Source: Azolla caroliniana (taxonomy: Eukaryota > Plantae > Polypodiophyta). From it: DNA of 64,000 nt. The stretch's first letter is position 1; each line of letters opens with the position of its first letter. Positions 1-13,838 of the stretch are shown in pieces. The notes under the pieces are model-generated. The model ran no database searches and was not told the DNA's origin. It worked only from the letters and a program-made list of their open reading frames with translations. A program made the position numbers and the translations under genes. Location of the stretch: positions 15,686,001-15,750,000 of the forward strand of contig JBHGNT010000012.1 in the NCBI GenBank assembly GCA_043228905.1, read 5' to 3'.

Positions 1-350
1 ATTGCAAGCAGAATTGTGAAGCCCTTAATTTTGCCCATATTCAAAATGCCAACCTTGTTTATGAGTTGGATGACATTGCTAAGTGGGGCAATAAACCATT
101 GATGTGCCATATAACCATTGAAGGTCATCTTCACAAATTAAATTTGTACGAAAACCTTGCATAGTCATATCTAGCACCCATATTTGCAAGGTCAAATATG
201 TGAACGTTTGAGAGGCATGTTGATGTCCGAAACCCATGGCACCCCAAAAGTATGTGTAACATCATAGAGTAGGTATTATAGACAAAACAATGTAGCATAA
301 CAATTGTTCATGTAATTTACCTTCTCATAGGTTTGCATACACCTCAATGT

Positions 351-681
351 TAGGAGTCTGCAATGGCTTGGCAATGCAAGGAGCTTGAACCAAGCCGATA
401 AACCATTTTTAAATGGTTTCGCGGTTTCATGGTTCAATTCAATCCTCGGTTTGAGCTTGGTTTTTCATGGCTTTGGCCGAATCAAACAGTTTTGGGCTAA
501 ACCAGTTAAGGCTAATGGGTTTGGCAAAAAGTGGGTTCTAAACCGGTGTAGGCTTAACCAATTTGGCTAAACTGCCAATTCAGTTCAAATTTGAAAATTG
601 CCAATCTGGTCAAGGCTTAACTCGTTTGGTTTGGGCAATGCCAAACCGGTTAAGCCAAAACCAAACCATTGCCAATTCTTA
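351..681. mobile_element. hAT-like MITE (non-autonomous, ~331 bp)
   Basis: Imperfect ~21-bp TIRs (TAGGAGTCTGCAATGGCTTGG ... CCAAACCATTGCCAATTCTTA). Near-perfect 8-bp flanking duplication CTCAATGT (343-350) / CTCAATGC (682-689). Many internal AAACC/GGTT motifs. Confidence 0.6.
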
Positions 682-1128
682 CTCAATGCCTAGATATCCA
701 ATGATTCAACTTGTTCTTGTTTAAATGGGCTAAACAAAATTGACCATGAATTGGGCTTGTAACCTTTGAAGGTTGGGGCCTTTTTTGTACCTCTTCATGT
801 TGATGATGCAACTAATGATTAAGCAACTAGACATGTAATTGGAGGAAAACAACTAATTAAGGCCACTTTTCCACCAAATAACCCTTGAACCAAGGATTTG
901 AAATGAATCTTAAATACCATCATTGTCCCAAGCCACTAAATATTGCCTAACATGGCATCTTGGAAGTAATCAACACCATCATTATTGTAGCTTATCTATC
1001 AATGTTTAGCCTAGTGTGTTCGCTCGTACCGCTCAATTTCTTGGTTTCACCTATGACAACCAACCCAAATTGTATCCAATCCAGTGTAGTGTAGTTTTGT
1101 TTCATCATGCAAAGAAAGCCTAACCAAA

Positions 1129-1434
1129 ATATACTGCCTTTGGGCACTCTCTCTCACTCAATTTTTGGGTTCCATTTATTGCCAATTAACTAGTAAATTT
1201 GTAAAGTTGTATGTTTTAAACATAACTAGTAAATTTGTTTGCTCCTCCCCTTCTATAGTGAGTTTGGAGTAGTTTTGTTGATGACACCAACATATACTGC
1301 CTTTGGGCACTCTCTCTCACTCAATTTTTGGGTTCCATTTACTGCCAATTAACTAGTAAAGTTGTAAAGTTGTATGTTTTAAACATAACTAGTAAATTTG
1401 TTTGCTCCTCCCCTTCTAAAGTGAGTTTGGAGTA
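1129..1434. repeat. Direct duplication of ~143 bp (period 163 bp)
   Basis: ATATACTGCCTTTGGGCACTCTCTCTCACTC...GTGAGTTTGGAGTA occurs at 1129 and again at 1292. Confidence 0.85.
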
Positions 1435-2699
1435 ATGGTTTGCTATTATTTAAGTTTTAGCACCATGGATTGCTCTATTTTCTTGCAATGTTCTAGTACC
1501 CTTTCTTGCAATGGCATTAGCTTAAGAATGGTGAGATTACTTTATATGCCTAAAAAGATCTTAAGTCTTTGGATGATGGTTTGTTTCCTTCCCTACAATG
1601 ATAGTGAAGAGGTAAACACCATAGGTTCATTAATAGCCCTTTGTCACTAGCAAAAAACATAACATCCATCAATATATCTTTGCACGCCGTATCGTGATTT
1701 TGCTGTCACTACAACATCATCACCATTTGTATCCCATACCACCTACTATTAACTTATTTTATACCTTTATGGTTGCCTTGAGCAGATCCAAAAGAAAGAG
1801 AGCTAGTTCCCTTCATATATCTTGACACCTTAGGCTCTCAATCTTCTCACATGTCATGGCTCCATATGGGTTTGTCACAAATCCTAAAATAATTGGTTTC
1901 CCACTTATCTTACGCTTCAAACCACTAAAATTAGCTTTAGAATCAGTTTTAAGTTTATGACTATAACGCTCAACATTGATGATGCCATTCGAGGCAAAAT
2001 ATGCATATTTTAGGAATTTCCTCAAAACTTGAACCCACAATGAAGAGAATGTGAACTTAGACATATGGAAGCAATGGTGTGAATGGCAAGATTATTCAAT
2101 GGGGATGGAGATTGGCTTTAACATGTATGGGCAAGTGTGGTGCTACTCCTTTAGAGAAGAAGATGATTTGTAGTTTTTTGTAATTTATGCACTTTAATGT
2201 GTGAAGCATGAGCTTCCACATCTTTCTCTAGCCGTGATATATTTGGTTTGCAAAAAAACCTAAGCAAGGTCCATAGTCTCAATGAGAAACCTAAGCATAT
2301 ACTTCACGACCCTTTTCACGTCATGGTCTTAATGAGAAGTAATTTAGTCTCAAGATTTAGGAGCATGTATCGCAAATTTGCGTATGTAACTTGGCATGAA
2401 GGAACTTCATAGAAAACATTTTTGACATTCTCAAACTCTTTCCAAGTGCATTTAGAGATTCTACCACTTCAAACGTGACCTATGGGACCTCAAAGAAAGA
2501 GCATTACAAAAGAGTCTCCTCAGCTTGTGCAAATTGTGTAGTTTCATGCGACTTATTTAATTTCTAAAGATTACTTCTTTATAAGCGTAATCTATAAGGA
2601 CCAATGACATGTAGTGGCACTTTGGGAGCCTTAGGTGTTGGCTATATAGAAGGGACTAGGTATCTATTTCATTATGGCATCCCAAGTAGGTGCTTGTCT

Positions 2700-2900
2700 A
2701 AACCCATTAAATTAGCTTTAAAATTGGTCCTCGGATACCTCGTTTCCTAACTATCTTTCCCGTAACCTATTAAAATTAGCTTTAGAATTGGTTCTCTAAG
2801 AAAACCATATTTCTATTAACCCATTAAAATTAGCTTTAGAATTGATCCTCTATAGAAGCCATCTTTCCCTTAACACATTGCTTTAGAATTGGTCCTCTAC
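2700..2900. repeat. Degenerate tandem repeat, ~4 units of ~55-60 bp
   Basis: Recurring CCCATTAAAATTAGCTTTAGAATTGGTCCTC core. Confidence 0.65.
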
Positions 2901-4264
2901 ACTTAATTACAATGTACATGCATGCCTAAGAAAGAAAGCCTAAAACTGAAATAATTGATCCAAATTTAGGAGTTGGTGTGCTCAACTTTGAGAGGTTGTG
3001 TATGCAGTTGCTATATTAGATAAAGGGAAGGAAACATTGTTCGGATTGCCATGAATGCTTGACAACATAGTTTGAGATACTCCTCATTGTTGGAAACTCT
3101 TGTTTAGAGAGTTCAAAATCTAGTTTTCTCTAGCTAGTCCTCTTCAAGCTCTATTCTTGATTTCAAGACCATGACTATGAGTGCAGAGGAGGATTGTCAA
3201 CAAATCGAGCTGAATCATGCATCTCGCATTGTGGGAGAGGTGTGCCCATGTATCGTAGTTGAACTTGAAAAGCCATCCATCATAGTCAAGAAATAATCAC
3301 TATAGCATGTCATTTTTGTTCCCAAATGATCATTTTACAGATGTCCTCCTTTGAAATTACATTTCAACTGTTGAGAATAATGCTGGTTAATTCACATGTA
3401 CTTCTCATAGTAAATCTCATTATTTCACGATTTATAGAGGCTATTGAACTTCTAAAATTCCAATGGTTGCACATCATGTTTTATGAGAATGACAACAGTA
3501 ATGTGTAATTCAGTAACTGTAGCACATCCTATATGTATTAGTTTCTCTAGGAACAAATTATCCCAAATAGCCTTTTCTACCTCAATAAGAACAAGGAAAA
3601 AGAAAGCAAATGGAAATGTGAGTCGAGAAACACATGTTTACTATACACATATTCAAGAAAGGCAAATGAAAAGTTCTGGCATGTGAATCGAGAACCACAT
3701 GATGTTTACTACACATTCATGTTGCAAATGAGATTAAGAAAAATGCTTGAAAATAGAGTTACAAAGTATTGACAGAAAGAGTCACTCTTGAACCATGTAA
3801 GTAAAGGACTCAAAAAGCACCAATATGGAGGAGCTGATATATAGGAGTAATTTGACAGTAACAATTCTGATCTGACTTCCGAGAAAGCCAATCAAAATAC
3901 TCCCATAGAAATTCTTTTTAACAGAAAAATATCATAATCATCGTAGGCAGACATGTAATCTTTCTTGTTTTATGTAGTTCTTCCACCATTCTAATCACAT
4001 ATCATACACCTCTTTTAGAACCAAATCATGTGTTCAATTCTTCAAGAGTTTCCCAAATGAAAGACCAGTCAAATCACTCACCACTAGAATATATCAAATA
4101 AACAAAAACCTCTTTTTCTTGGAGCGAGATAAGGCAGTAGTAGTGCTCCATGGAGGTTCTTGCCATCTGAGAAACCTAAAAACAAAATGGTTTTTCTTTC
4201 TATATAAAGGCCCCCCCCTATGTTGTTAGTGAAGTAAAAGAAGAAGAAAACTTTTCCAACCAAC

Positions 4265-4302
<38 letters not shown>

Positions 4303-4425
4303 CAACGAAGTGTTTCTCTTTAGATGAAAAAGTTTAAAGAGAAGAAAAAAGAGAAAGGTCAAGAGTCCTAAGGAAAACGTTTGAAGAAGGAAAGAAAGGT
4401 CAATCATATCATATCATATAAATAA

Positions 4426-7313
4426 TCATTGCCCAGACGAGGATATATCGATGTCGAGATTACGTCTGGCTTCATGAGAAATCGCCCAACCCATGGATTG
4501 TACAGCAATCATCTGACCTTGAGGAGAATCGGCATTACTACTATCGGCACTCTGGTTTAGAGGCGAACTATCGGGTTTCATATCGGCCATATCATTCATC
4601 GATAGGTCTGGGATTGGATCACCATCCATCTTATGGATGCCAGATTTATCAGCTTTGTGTTTTTGTTGCGTTTTCGACCCACCACACATGAAGCTGCCCA
4701 CAATCACCTGACCAAAGCTCACCAGGATTCAATACATATGTACAAAAATTGGAAATTAAACATGTGAAATCAAGCTGCCATTCCAAGAAACAACAAGGAC
4801 ATTTTTGAGAGCCACTTTCTTCTTAAAAAGATATAACATTTCAAACTCGTATTACTTAGAACATTGTTAAACACATACCAATTTTGTTTTCCCATTATGG
4901 TTGAATCGACTATGTATGTTTTTTCTCTATCTAAAACTAGTTAAATTTCTATGGAGCTTGGAATTTCATTCTTAATGAGAGAATTTGGTATTTTTTCTTC
5001 CATAACAGAAACACTAACTACCTGGACAGGACTAGCAGCCATAAGCATTCCAGCAACCCCTCCCCCGATTACTCTTCCATCAGGACCGGCTAGAGACACG
5101 CTGAGACCACCTGTTCTGCTGCGGGTCCCGCCTGATTCCGTTACAAGGAAAGACCCCGAAAGTGCCAGAATTTCAAATCGGCCCTGTGAAGACACAATCG
5201 TCATAAGCATATCACTTACAGCTTGTGAAATCAACAATTCTAGGTCATTAAGCTTTTGTAGTTGACAGTTAGTTGGTTATGTTTTGCACCTAACACTCAT
5301 CTAGTAAAACCTTTCAAATCTAGTTAAGCATCGCTCTCAATATTTTATTTAGTTAAGCTTAGCATTCATTAATCCCTCTAAATAGACCATGAGTTCCATA
5401 TTCACCTAGTCATTTAATCTTCGAGATTATTGCTATTAGAAATCTTTTGCCCTCACAATTCATCTAGTTATAACTATTTTGAACGAATCTAGTTAGGTAT
5501 AGGTCACAACTTTCGTTAACAACGAACCTCATAAGTTACAGTGCCGCCCGAGGTTGAGGGCTGACGGAGTGTGACATTTGAGATGGCTCCATTAGCTGAT
5601 AAGATACAGATTCCTCGAGGACCTTGTTGTGAGAAAGACATGATTCTAGCAGCTACATCCTGTTGGCGAAAAGCTAGATAATTTCGTAACAAAATTCCTA
5701 AAAACGAAAACAATCATTCAAGGGAAAAAATGAAATACACATTGAAGTTTTTGAAATTACCTCTCCAGCAGCTATTGTAATGGCATGAGGAGTGAATCCA
5801 GCCCCAGCTGATCCTGATACTATTTCCCCTGTAAAATATAGTAGAATTCATAGTATAAGAAAAAAGGCTGCTGGCCTTTAAAGTAATTCCAAATATTAGC
5901 CCATCCATCAAGTTGGGTCCGATGGTATGACCATGATGACCTCAACCATTGGACCAGTGTACCAAAAGAACTGCATTCACTGTTTCAGAAAAAATGCAGA
6001 ACATTTTGTGCAACAAAGATCAGAATGTCAAAAAAATGGACCACTAATTTTCCCCTTTAATTGGACAAAATATCTACAAAAATAATCAATCTCTCTCACT
6101 CTCTCTTGTTCGTTTTGTTCATATTTGGGCTGTACTGTAATGATAATCAATATCCACTGCTTCTGATCTCCACCAGACAACCTTACCAATTGAACAACAG
6201 CCACAAAACATTCATTTGAAACATTACAAATACAAGTGAATACAAAACTCCTCGAAAATTTCGGCAATTAGAATAATCAAGTATTTGTTCTTTTATCTCA
6301 AATTTCTGTGATTCCCCAAAACCTCCCAGAATTACTCAGTTCTGTTTTTTGTTTTAGTGAAATCCATTAATGTATTTTTGAAGATGAAATCTATTAGATG
6401 TTTCCCAATATCTCCTAAATTTAAACAAATCCCTACTTAAAAATATTTACTTATGTTCACAGGGACAAATATTCCTTAAGTTTCCAAACATCACCAGAAT
6501 ATCCCCTCTTTAGCAAAATACATTCCACACCAGAGTGTGGGGTATTCTGTAGGTATTCACCTCCTTGATAACCAGAGTACACATTTATAATTGAACTACT
6601 CTGACCAATTTCCTTTTGTTTTGATGAATCTACGAGAACAAATCAGAGCCACAGCAAAAAGTGATACAAAGTTGGGAGAAAACAACCCTGGGAGTGTTTA
6701 GTGGTACCTAATGCTGCAAGCTGTTGCTTCTTTCCGGATCCGGGGGGTCTTCCTCGCCCTCGCTTCTGGAGGGGCGACATCATCGGGTTGAAACTGGGGG
6801 TGGGGGCTGGTCTTATTGTGATGGCGACAGTACCATCAGGTGCGTACTTTCTCGGTCGCCCTCTCTTCTTCTTTGTTGAATCCGGACCACCACCGTAACC
6901 CAGTGAGCCCGAGTGTGAGACGAACGTGGTCGCCATATCGGGCATGTACGGAGGGGGTGTCGATGCCAATGGTGTCACGGCTATAGTTCTTGAGCTCGGA
7001 TCGGTTGCCGAACCTATATATATATATATATGTATATATATAAGCAAGAAATTCAACCCGGATTTCGAATTGTCAGCATTTTTTCGACACAATTTGCAGC
7101 TTATCTTTTTATCATAATTTTTCGGATTCGGCAAATTTTGAGCCTTTTCTATATGGCATTGTTTCCACAAAGTTTTTTCTTTTATTGGCGACAACAACAG
7201 CGCAAAAGCAAAAAATATTAGAAACAGGAGATTGAAACAATAGTGATGAAATTTGCACACTTTTCCATACCATTGAATGAAGGTGTAAGGCCCACAGAGT
7301 TCTTGATGTCCAT
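4426..7313 (-). CDS. AHL: AT-hook motif nuclear-localized protein (clade B AHL; two AT-hooks + PPC/DUF296), ~330 aa; exons 7313-7271, 7013-6708, 5828-5761, 5659-5528, 5183-5022, 4707-4426
   Basis: AT-hooks KKKRGRPRKY and KRGRGRPPGSGKKQ. PPC motifs FTPHAITIAAGEDV, GRFEILALSGSF, VIGGGVAGMLMAASPVQVIVGSF. All introns are GT-AG with consistent phases; spliced length 993 nt. A probable 5' UTR exon donor (CAG|GTAAGT) lies at 7725. Confidence 0.93.
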
Positions 7314-7333
7314 GCACAATTTTTCTTTTGTTT

Positions 7334-7366
<33 letters not shown>

Positions 7367-7949
7367 TTAATGGGGTCTAACACTACTAGTAGTGATGATC
7401 ACACACACAGATTGGAGGGGGATTTCCCCATACAGAGAATTCCTCCAAGTTTTAATGGAGAGAAAGGAAAGGAAAACTGATCTTTTCTCTTTCTTTCTTA
7501 TTTCCTTCAAATTTTCTCTGTTAATAACTGCACCTTTAGCTCTTAAACATTATCCATAGCCCTACAAGGCAAAGATTGAGCTAATTGAGCCTAATTCATC
7601 AGAAGGGAAAACAAAGCGAAAACCATAATCTATAAACAGACAAAATTAAGGTAGATCTGACGAATTTAGCAAAGAAAAACACAAAGATCGAAAAAATAAA
7701 AGGAGCGGGGGGGAAAGGACTTACCTGTGACAGCGCGAGGGTGAAGTGTTTTCCTTTAATTCTTTCCCTGCTGATCTTAAAGAAACAGAGTAAAAACATA
7801 GAAAAGGGCGAAGACCCAATTCCAGTTTTTGGGTCAAGAGAGAGAACCCAAATCTTCAGAACCTCTGAGAAGAGAAGGAAAAGTGAAAATCCTCGGTCGT
7901 CTCAGAAAACCCTAACCTGCTTCGGAAACCCTAAAACCTGCAGAAAGGG

Positions 7950-9640
7950 GGGAAGAAGAAAAATAAAATAGAAAAAATAAAATAAAAAGGAAAAGGAAAA
8001 GGAAATAAATAAAAATAAAAATAGAAAAATAGAAAAATAGAAAAAAATAAATAAATAAAATAGAAAAAAACTTAATTGTGAAGGAAACCCATCACGAGGA
8101 GAAGTTTTTTTTTTTTTTTTTGGGGGGGGTGGGAAATTCGGAAAGAATAATAAAAATAATAATAAGTTAAAAATAGAATTTTGTTTTTTGAAAAAGAAAT
8201 ATAAAACCGAATTAAAAATAGAAAAAAAAAAAAGTAAAAAGTAAAGGAGGAAATAATAATACTAGTAAGAAAAGAAATAAAGAAATCAAAAGAAAAAGAG
8301 GGAAAAGAAAATGTATAAACAAAAAGAATGATATTGTAAATACGGAAATATAAAAAATAAAGGAAAATAGAGGAGAAAAGGAAAAAAAAGGAATAAATAA
8401 GTGTATTATTTATGGAGAAAAGGGAGAAGAGGAAAGAGGAAAGAAATAGCCCCAAAAAATTAATTAATTAAATTAAATTATTTATTTATTTTATTTTAAT
8501 TCATTAATTTATTTTAATCAATTAATTAATTAGAAATTAATATTTACGTAAATAAGAGAAGAAGCAAAAACACAGAGGAGTGGACGGCCAGATTTAGAGG
8601 CGCCGCCACATTTGGGGGGGCATCCCCGCCACATTTAGTAGTCCCCCCCCCCCCCCCTTTCTTGAGCTTTTATTTCCTATTTATTCTATTTATTTACACA
8701 CACACAGAGAAAAAAAAAACAATTTCTCCAAATTATCACTATTATTTTATTTATTATTATTATTATTTGGTGGCTTTTTCCATTTTTTCGAAATTTGTTT
8801 TTCTTTTCTTTTCTTTCCATTTTTTCTTCCTTCATTTTTTATTTTATTTTATTTTATTTACTATAAATAAAAGAACATCAAAATTCGTACCCCCGCTCTC
8901 CTTCCACCAGGATTTAATTAAATTGAAATAAACATTTATTTATTTTAAAAACCGAATAATACTTTGCTTTTCTTTCCTCTGTTTGGCTGGCTTTTCTGCT
9001 TTTCTGTTTGGGAGAGTAAAAGAAAAGCAAACATAATTCATTTTTATGTTTTTTTTTTTACTCGCTTTATTTACTAAAGGTAATAAAAGAAAGAAAGAAA
9101 AAGGTTGATTTCTTTCTTTTCTTTTCTTTTCTTTTTTCGTTATTTAATCATTTTTTTACGCTTTTATTAAATAAAATTTCACATTTGATTTCTCGCCATA
9201 GCTGTCTCTCGAAATGACGCCTTCTTTTTGGTGAATTTAATTTGAATTAAATAAATAGACTGAAAAAACGAAATTTAATTTAAATAAACGAAAATTCCAA
9301 TAAAGAACTATTAAGTGCTTTTTTTGTTTAATAAATAAAGAAAGAAAAATTAGACCAAAATTCCTTATTTTCTTATTTTATTTTTGTTTTCCCTGTTTTG
9401 ATGGAGACCAATTTTCTTGATAATACAAATTTGATTTTTTTATTCCTTTTTGGGTTTGGAATTTCATGCGGCCTTTTGTTTTCACATGGGGTCTTATCAC
9501 AGAACACAAAAAACCAAAATTTCTTAATTTTTATTTATTTATTTTATTTTGACAGCAATACTTCTTGATAATGCTGCTATTTATTTATTATCTATCTATT
9601 TATTTATTTATTTTATTTGTTTAATTTCCTAAGTAATTCT
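7950..9640. repeat. Low-complexity A-rich/T-rich region upstream of the AHL gene (promoter region)
   Basis: Poly-A/poly-T tracts, TTA and TATT runs, with a small GC island at 8575-8660. Confidence 0.6.
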
Positions 9641-9795
9641 CAGTTCAAAGGTGGATAACTTTCAAGAGGGAAGGGGATGGTTTTTAATATTATTGTGACA
9701 AGTCTTTTGCCTTTCGTAAAGAGCAGGTTCTACGTTCATCCTAATCGGGACACACACACCCCAAGTTTCGCATGTCCCTCGGATTCCCTAACTTG

Positions 9796-10064
9796 GATGA
9801 GTGCACAGATCTATTCACAAGATTGGACCAGAGTAAATCTCATGTTGTTTAGGCTCGATCGCATGGCCAGATCATGTCGGTCATGAGGCCACCCCCAGCA
9901 TGGACAACAACAAACTTGATGGACACTGACCTAGATGAGTGCACGGATCTATTCACAGGATTGGACCAAAGTCAATCTCATGTTGTTTAGGCTCGATTGC
10001 ATGGCCAAATCCTGTCAGCCATGAGGCCACCCCTAGCATGGACAACAACAAACTTGATGGACAC
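9796..10064. repeat. Tandem duplication of ~130 bp (period ~138 bp)
   Basis: GATGAGTGCAC.GATCTATTCACA.GATTGGACCA...GGACAACAACAAACTTGATGGACAC occurs twice. Confidence 0.85.
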
Positions 10065-11950
10065 GAGAACCAGACAGTGACACTGCTTTTGTCTCCCTCA
10101 CCTTCCTTCACGTCTCGAGCCAGTTTTATCCACCACCCTTGCATTGTAGTTCTCTCCACGACTCCATGAACCCCGCATATCTTAACTGAGCGCTTTGAAC
10201 AGAATAGGCTCCGCAAATTCAACATGGGAAGTGTATTGGATGGCTTGAGACGTGCGCACTCTCGTCGTCTTTATTATGTTTGCTTCTAAATTCTAGTGTT
10301 TTGTCGATAGAAATTGAATCGTAACAACCAAAACTTCCTAAACAGTGTCCATTGTGTGGTTCACCAATAAGAATCTACACGCCTTTAGGAAGGATTCCAA
10401 ATTCCCTTGTGAACAAACATATATTCCTTCCATGTGTTGGCAGTCCCACAAAAGACAATCCTCGCTAATGGAAATCTTGATTCGATGGATTTCTTGAACA
10501 TAACTAGGTTGTATATATATGATTTTCATGTCTACAAGCATGTGATGCTACCTTGACAATTTAGACATTCAATAACGAAAGAAGTTATTTGTGCATAATC
10601 CATAGCCAAAACCATGGAATAACAATTTTCTTTCACTACAATCTTGTATCTAATTACTCTAAGGATGACAATGCATTAGTTTGGTATACACGTGAACACA
10701 AAGGTATAGTGTCTACCAAGTTGTGGTTAGCTAGACCACAAAGGTAGGAGTGTGGTAAAGAAAGTAAGTAAATACACATCTATGTCATGATTGTATTTGT
10801 ACATAGGTAAGGCTCCATACACATAGGAAAGATGACTACATACAATGCCATCTCTATCCTTTGTGAGGTGACTATCATGGCTTGATAGAGCTCTATGCAA
10901 AGAATGACTCCTCAACTTTGTTGTTTCCTCATAGCTACATTAAATGTATGCAAATTGACGTATCGCTAATCTAATATTCTCACAATCGAGACACACATCA
11001 TACATGGTAGGGGGTAATAGAGATTTCTTTCATTCATGTTGATTAGTTATTTATGCCATTGATTTCTTTACCTCCTTCCGAATGTCTCAAATAGTTCTAC
11101 AAATGATTTCAGCCCTTGCTCGTTCTAAGCATGATTAAATCCTACTCAATTAATTCACTTGCCCCGTTGTACGTGGGCCCAAAAAGATTTTCCCTTTCTT
11201 ATGTCATACCAATCCCTTTCATGGAAAATTCTCATAAATACATGAAATGTTTACATACCATGAGAATAATATTCAAGAATCATATGTATATTTTAGGCTA
11301 TTTGAGAATGTGGACAAATTTGCTCATTGGATTTTTCTCTCATTAAAACAAGAAGTCGCATGTTTTGTCTATAAAATTTGCGTAGCAAGTTGATTGAGTG
11401 AAGAAAACTTCTATATCAATGGCATTGCATGCCAAATACATTCGTTGGCACTCTTGTTTACACAACACAACGTTTGAGTTATCACTCACGGCAGTTCATG
11501 TGCGAGATATGTATGCATTTTTGTGAGCAATATAAATATTTTCTCAATGAGCATACATGACAACACCCTAATTTCTAGCATGTTAACCAATTATCTTGGG
11601 AGGTTAGGTTTTGAAGAATTCATAGTGTTACATAGTAAAGCGCTTCTAGCATAATAACATCTATGTTCATTCTACAATATTGCTCTACAAGCCATGCCAT
11701 TTTGATGAGCCTAATCTGAATTTTGATAAAAGACCAAAAATATTCTAAACTCCTTACCATCCACAAAAAGGTCAATGACAATGCTCTCCAATAGAAACAA
11801 TGTGTCCATGTTTTGCAAAGAAGACTATAAATTTCCTATTTTATAACATTCAACGCAACCAAAGTTGTTGGTCAATCCACGTGCTAAATTGTGGGAGTTG
11901 TGTTAAGTCAAATGAACTCACTGTTGAACATTATTTTTTCTATAGGTTTA

Positions 11951-13745
11951 TGTTGAGAGATCAAGCTCAACTAGAGTTAGTTAGTTAGTCAACCACGTAA
12001 CTTTGTAGTTACCTAGATAGAATCTAGTTAGAAGTGTTGACTCTAATGCCTTAAATAGGGCCTTGTACTTAAGTGAGATATTCTAGATCCTCCACTCCCA
12101 AGTACATTTAATATAGGACTTACACCCTTGTACCTATATCCTCCTCACACATGTGCTCCCTCGCACATGAAATCTATATATACCTCATTGTAGGTATTTT
12201 TGTGTTTGATGAGGATAATTTAATATAGAGTTAATTGTCCCCCATCTTGTGTTGTTCATAAGTGTAACTTCCTCTCTCTCTTCCTCTCACACACATACAC
12301 ACATATATCACATAATTAGGTACTAATTAACTTGTAGTTAATTACCTAATTCTTAACATGGTATCAGAGTGTGTGGTTTAGAAAATCCACTAAGCCCACC
12401 TGACTTCGTGATTGTGTGTTCGAAACGCCAATGACAAAAGCCGGCTATCCGCTACCGTAGTGCCGCTACGTAGCACGTGATTGAAGGAAGCAAAGACGAG
12501 AAGGAAGACACTACATCAAAATGAACACACAAATGGGTAGCTCACTCCCTAGTGAAAAGCTAGACCGGAGCAATTATTCATCTTGGGAGTACAAGATGAA
12601 CCAATACCTCGTCGATCAAGGGTATTGGAGCTACATGAACGACGCACAAGAAAATCGACCCGACCCAAAGAACGCCGAAGCGGCATCCAAGGCCGTGTAT
12701 CTCATGAATTGATGCACCACTAATGGAGTGCATGAGCTAACTCCATACAAGGTCCTTGTTGGAAGGAAGCCGATCTTATCGCACCTCAAAGTGTTCGAAA
12801 GCATTGCAAATGTACGCATCCCGAACGAAAACCGATAGATGCCCGATGCGAAGTTGGAGAAATGTATCCTCGTAGCCTAAAGAGTGCATGGGCTAACTCC
12901 AAACGCCTAAAGAGTGCATGAGCTAAAGAGGTGTCGCAGTTGAAGCTTTCGAGTGGTCGTGTTGGCGGCGAACATTTTCTTCAAGTTCTCCCATGCCTCT
13001 TTAGGCATCTTGGCGTCTCCAATGTTGCTAAGCGTGTGGTTGTGGACACATGTTGCCAAACAATACGTGACTCGACTCGCCGCTTGCTCCCATGTTGAGT
13101 AGTTAGCGTTCTTTGGGTCGGGTCGATTTTCTTGTGCGTCGTTCATGTAGCTCCAATACCCTTGATCGACGAGGTATTGGTTCATCTTGTACTCCCAAGA
13201 TGAATAATTGCTCCGGTCTAGCTTTTCACTAAGGAGTGAGCTACCCATTTGTGTGTTCATTTTGATGTAGTATCTTCCTTCTTGTTTTTCCTTCCTTAGA
13301 TCGCATGCTACGTAGCGGCACTACGGTAGCGGATAGGCGGCTTTTGTCGTCGGCGTTTCGAACACACAATCACGGAGTCGGTTGGGCTTAGTGGATTTTC
13401 TAAACCACACACTCTGATACCATGTTAAGAATTAGGTAATTAACTACAGGTTAATTAGTACCTAATTATGTGATTAAGCTAAGCAAAAGATTATGTGATA
13501 TGTGTGTGAGAGGAAGAGAGAGAGGAAGTTACACTTATGAACAACACAAGATGGGGGATGATTAACTCTATATTAAATTAACATCATCAAATACAAAATT
13601 ACTTACAAAATGAGGTATGTATAGATTTCATGTGCAAGGGTGCACATGTGTGAGGAGAATATAGGTACAAGGGTGTAAGTCCTATATTAAATGTACTTGG
13701 GAGTGGAGGATCTAGAATATCTCACTTAAGTACAAGGTTCTATTT
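11951..13745. mobile_element. Rearranged Ty1/copia 5' ends forming an inverted duplication (LTR-PBS-gag on + facing LTR-PBS-gag on -)
   Basis: LTR TGTTGA...TTAACA at 11951-12358, tRNA-iMet PBS TGGTATCAGAG at 12359 and gag MNTQMGSSLPSEKLDRSNY at 12521. Inverted copy has its PBS at 13412-13422 and gag at 13260-12907. An integrase scrap (PYKVLVGRKPILSHLKVF) lies between them. Confidence 0.85.
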
Positions 13746-13838
13746 ACGCCGTTTTTTCTATAGGTTTGGATAGGAGTTTGTGTGATCATAACTACAAGTA
13801 AGAACCAAAGAGATAATTGATTCAAGCAAAAATGATTT

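Noticed and set aside
6643-7383. 246-aa single-exon AT-hook ORF
   Set aside because: It reads through UTR and intron sequence (GA and TA microsatellites). The spliced model with ATG at 7313 fits better.
8072-8931. Hydrophobic F/Y/L-rich ORFs resembling membrane proteins
   Set aside because: Translation artefacts of T-rich low-complexity DNA.
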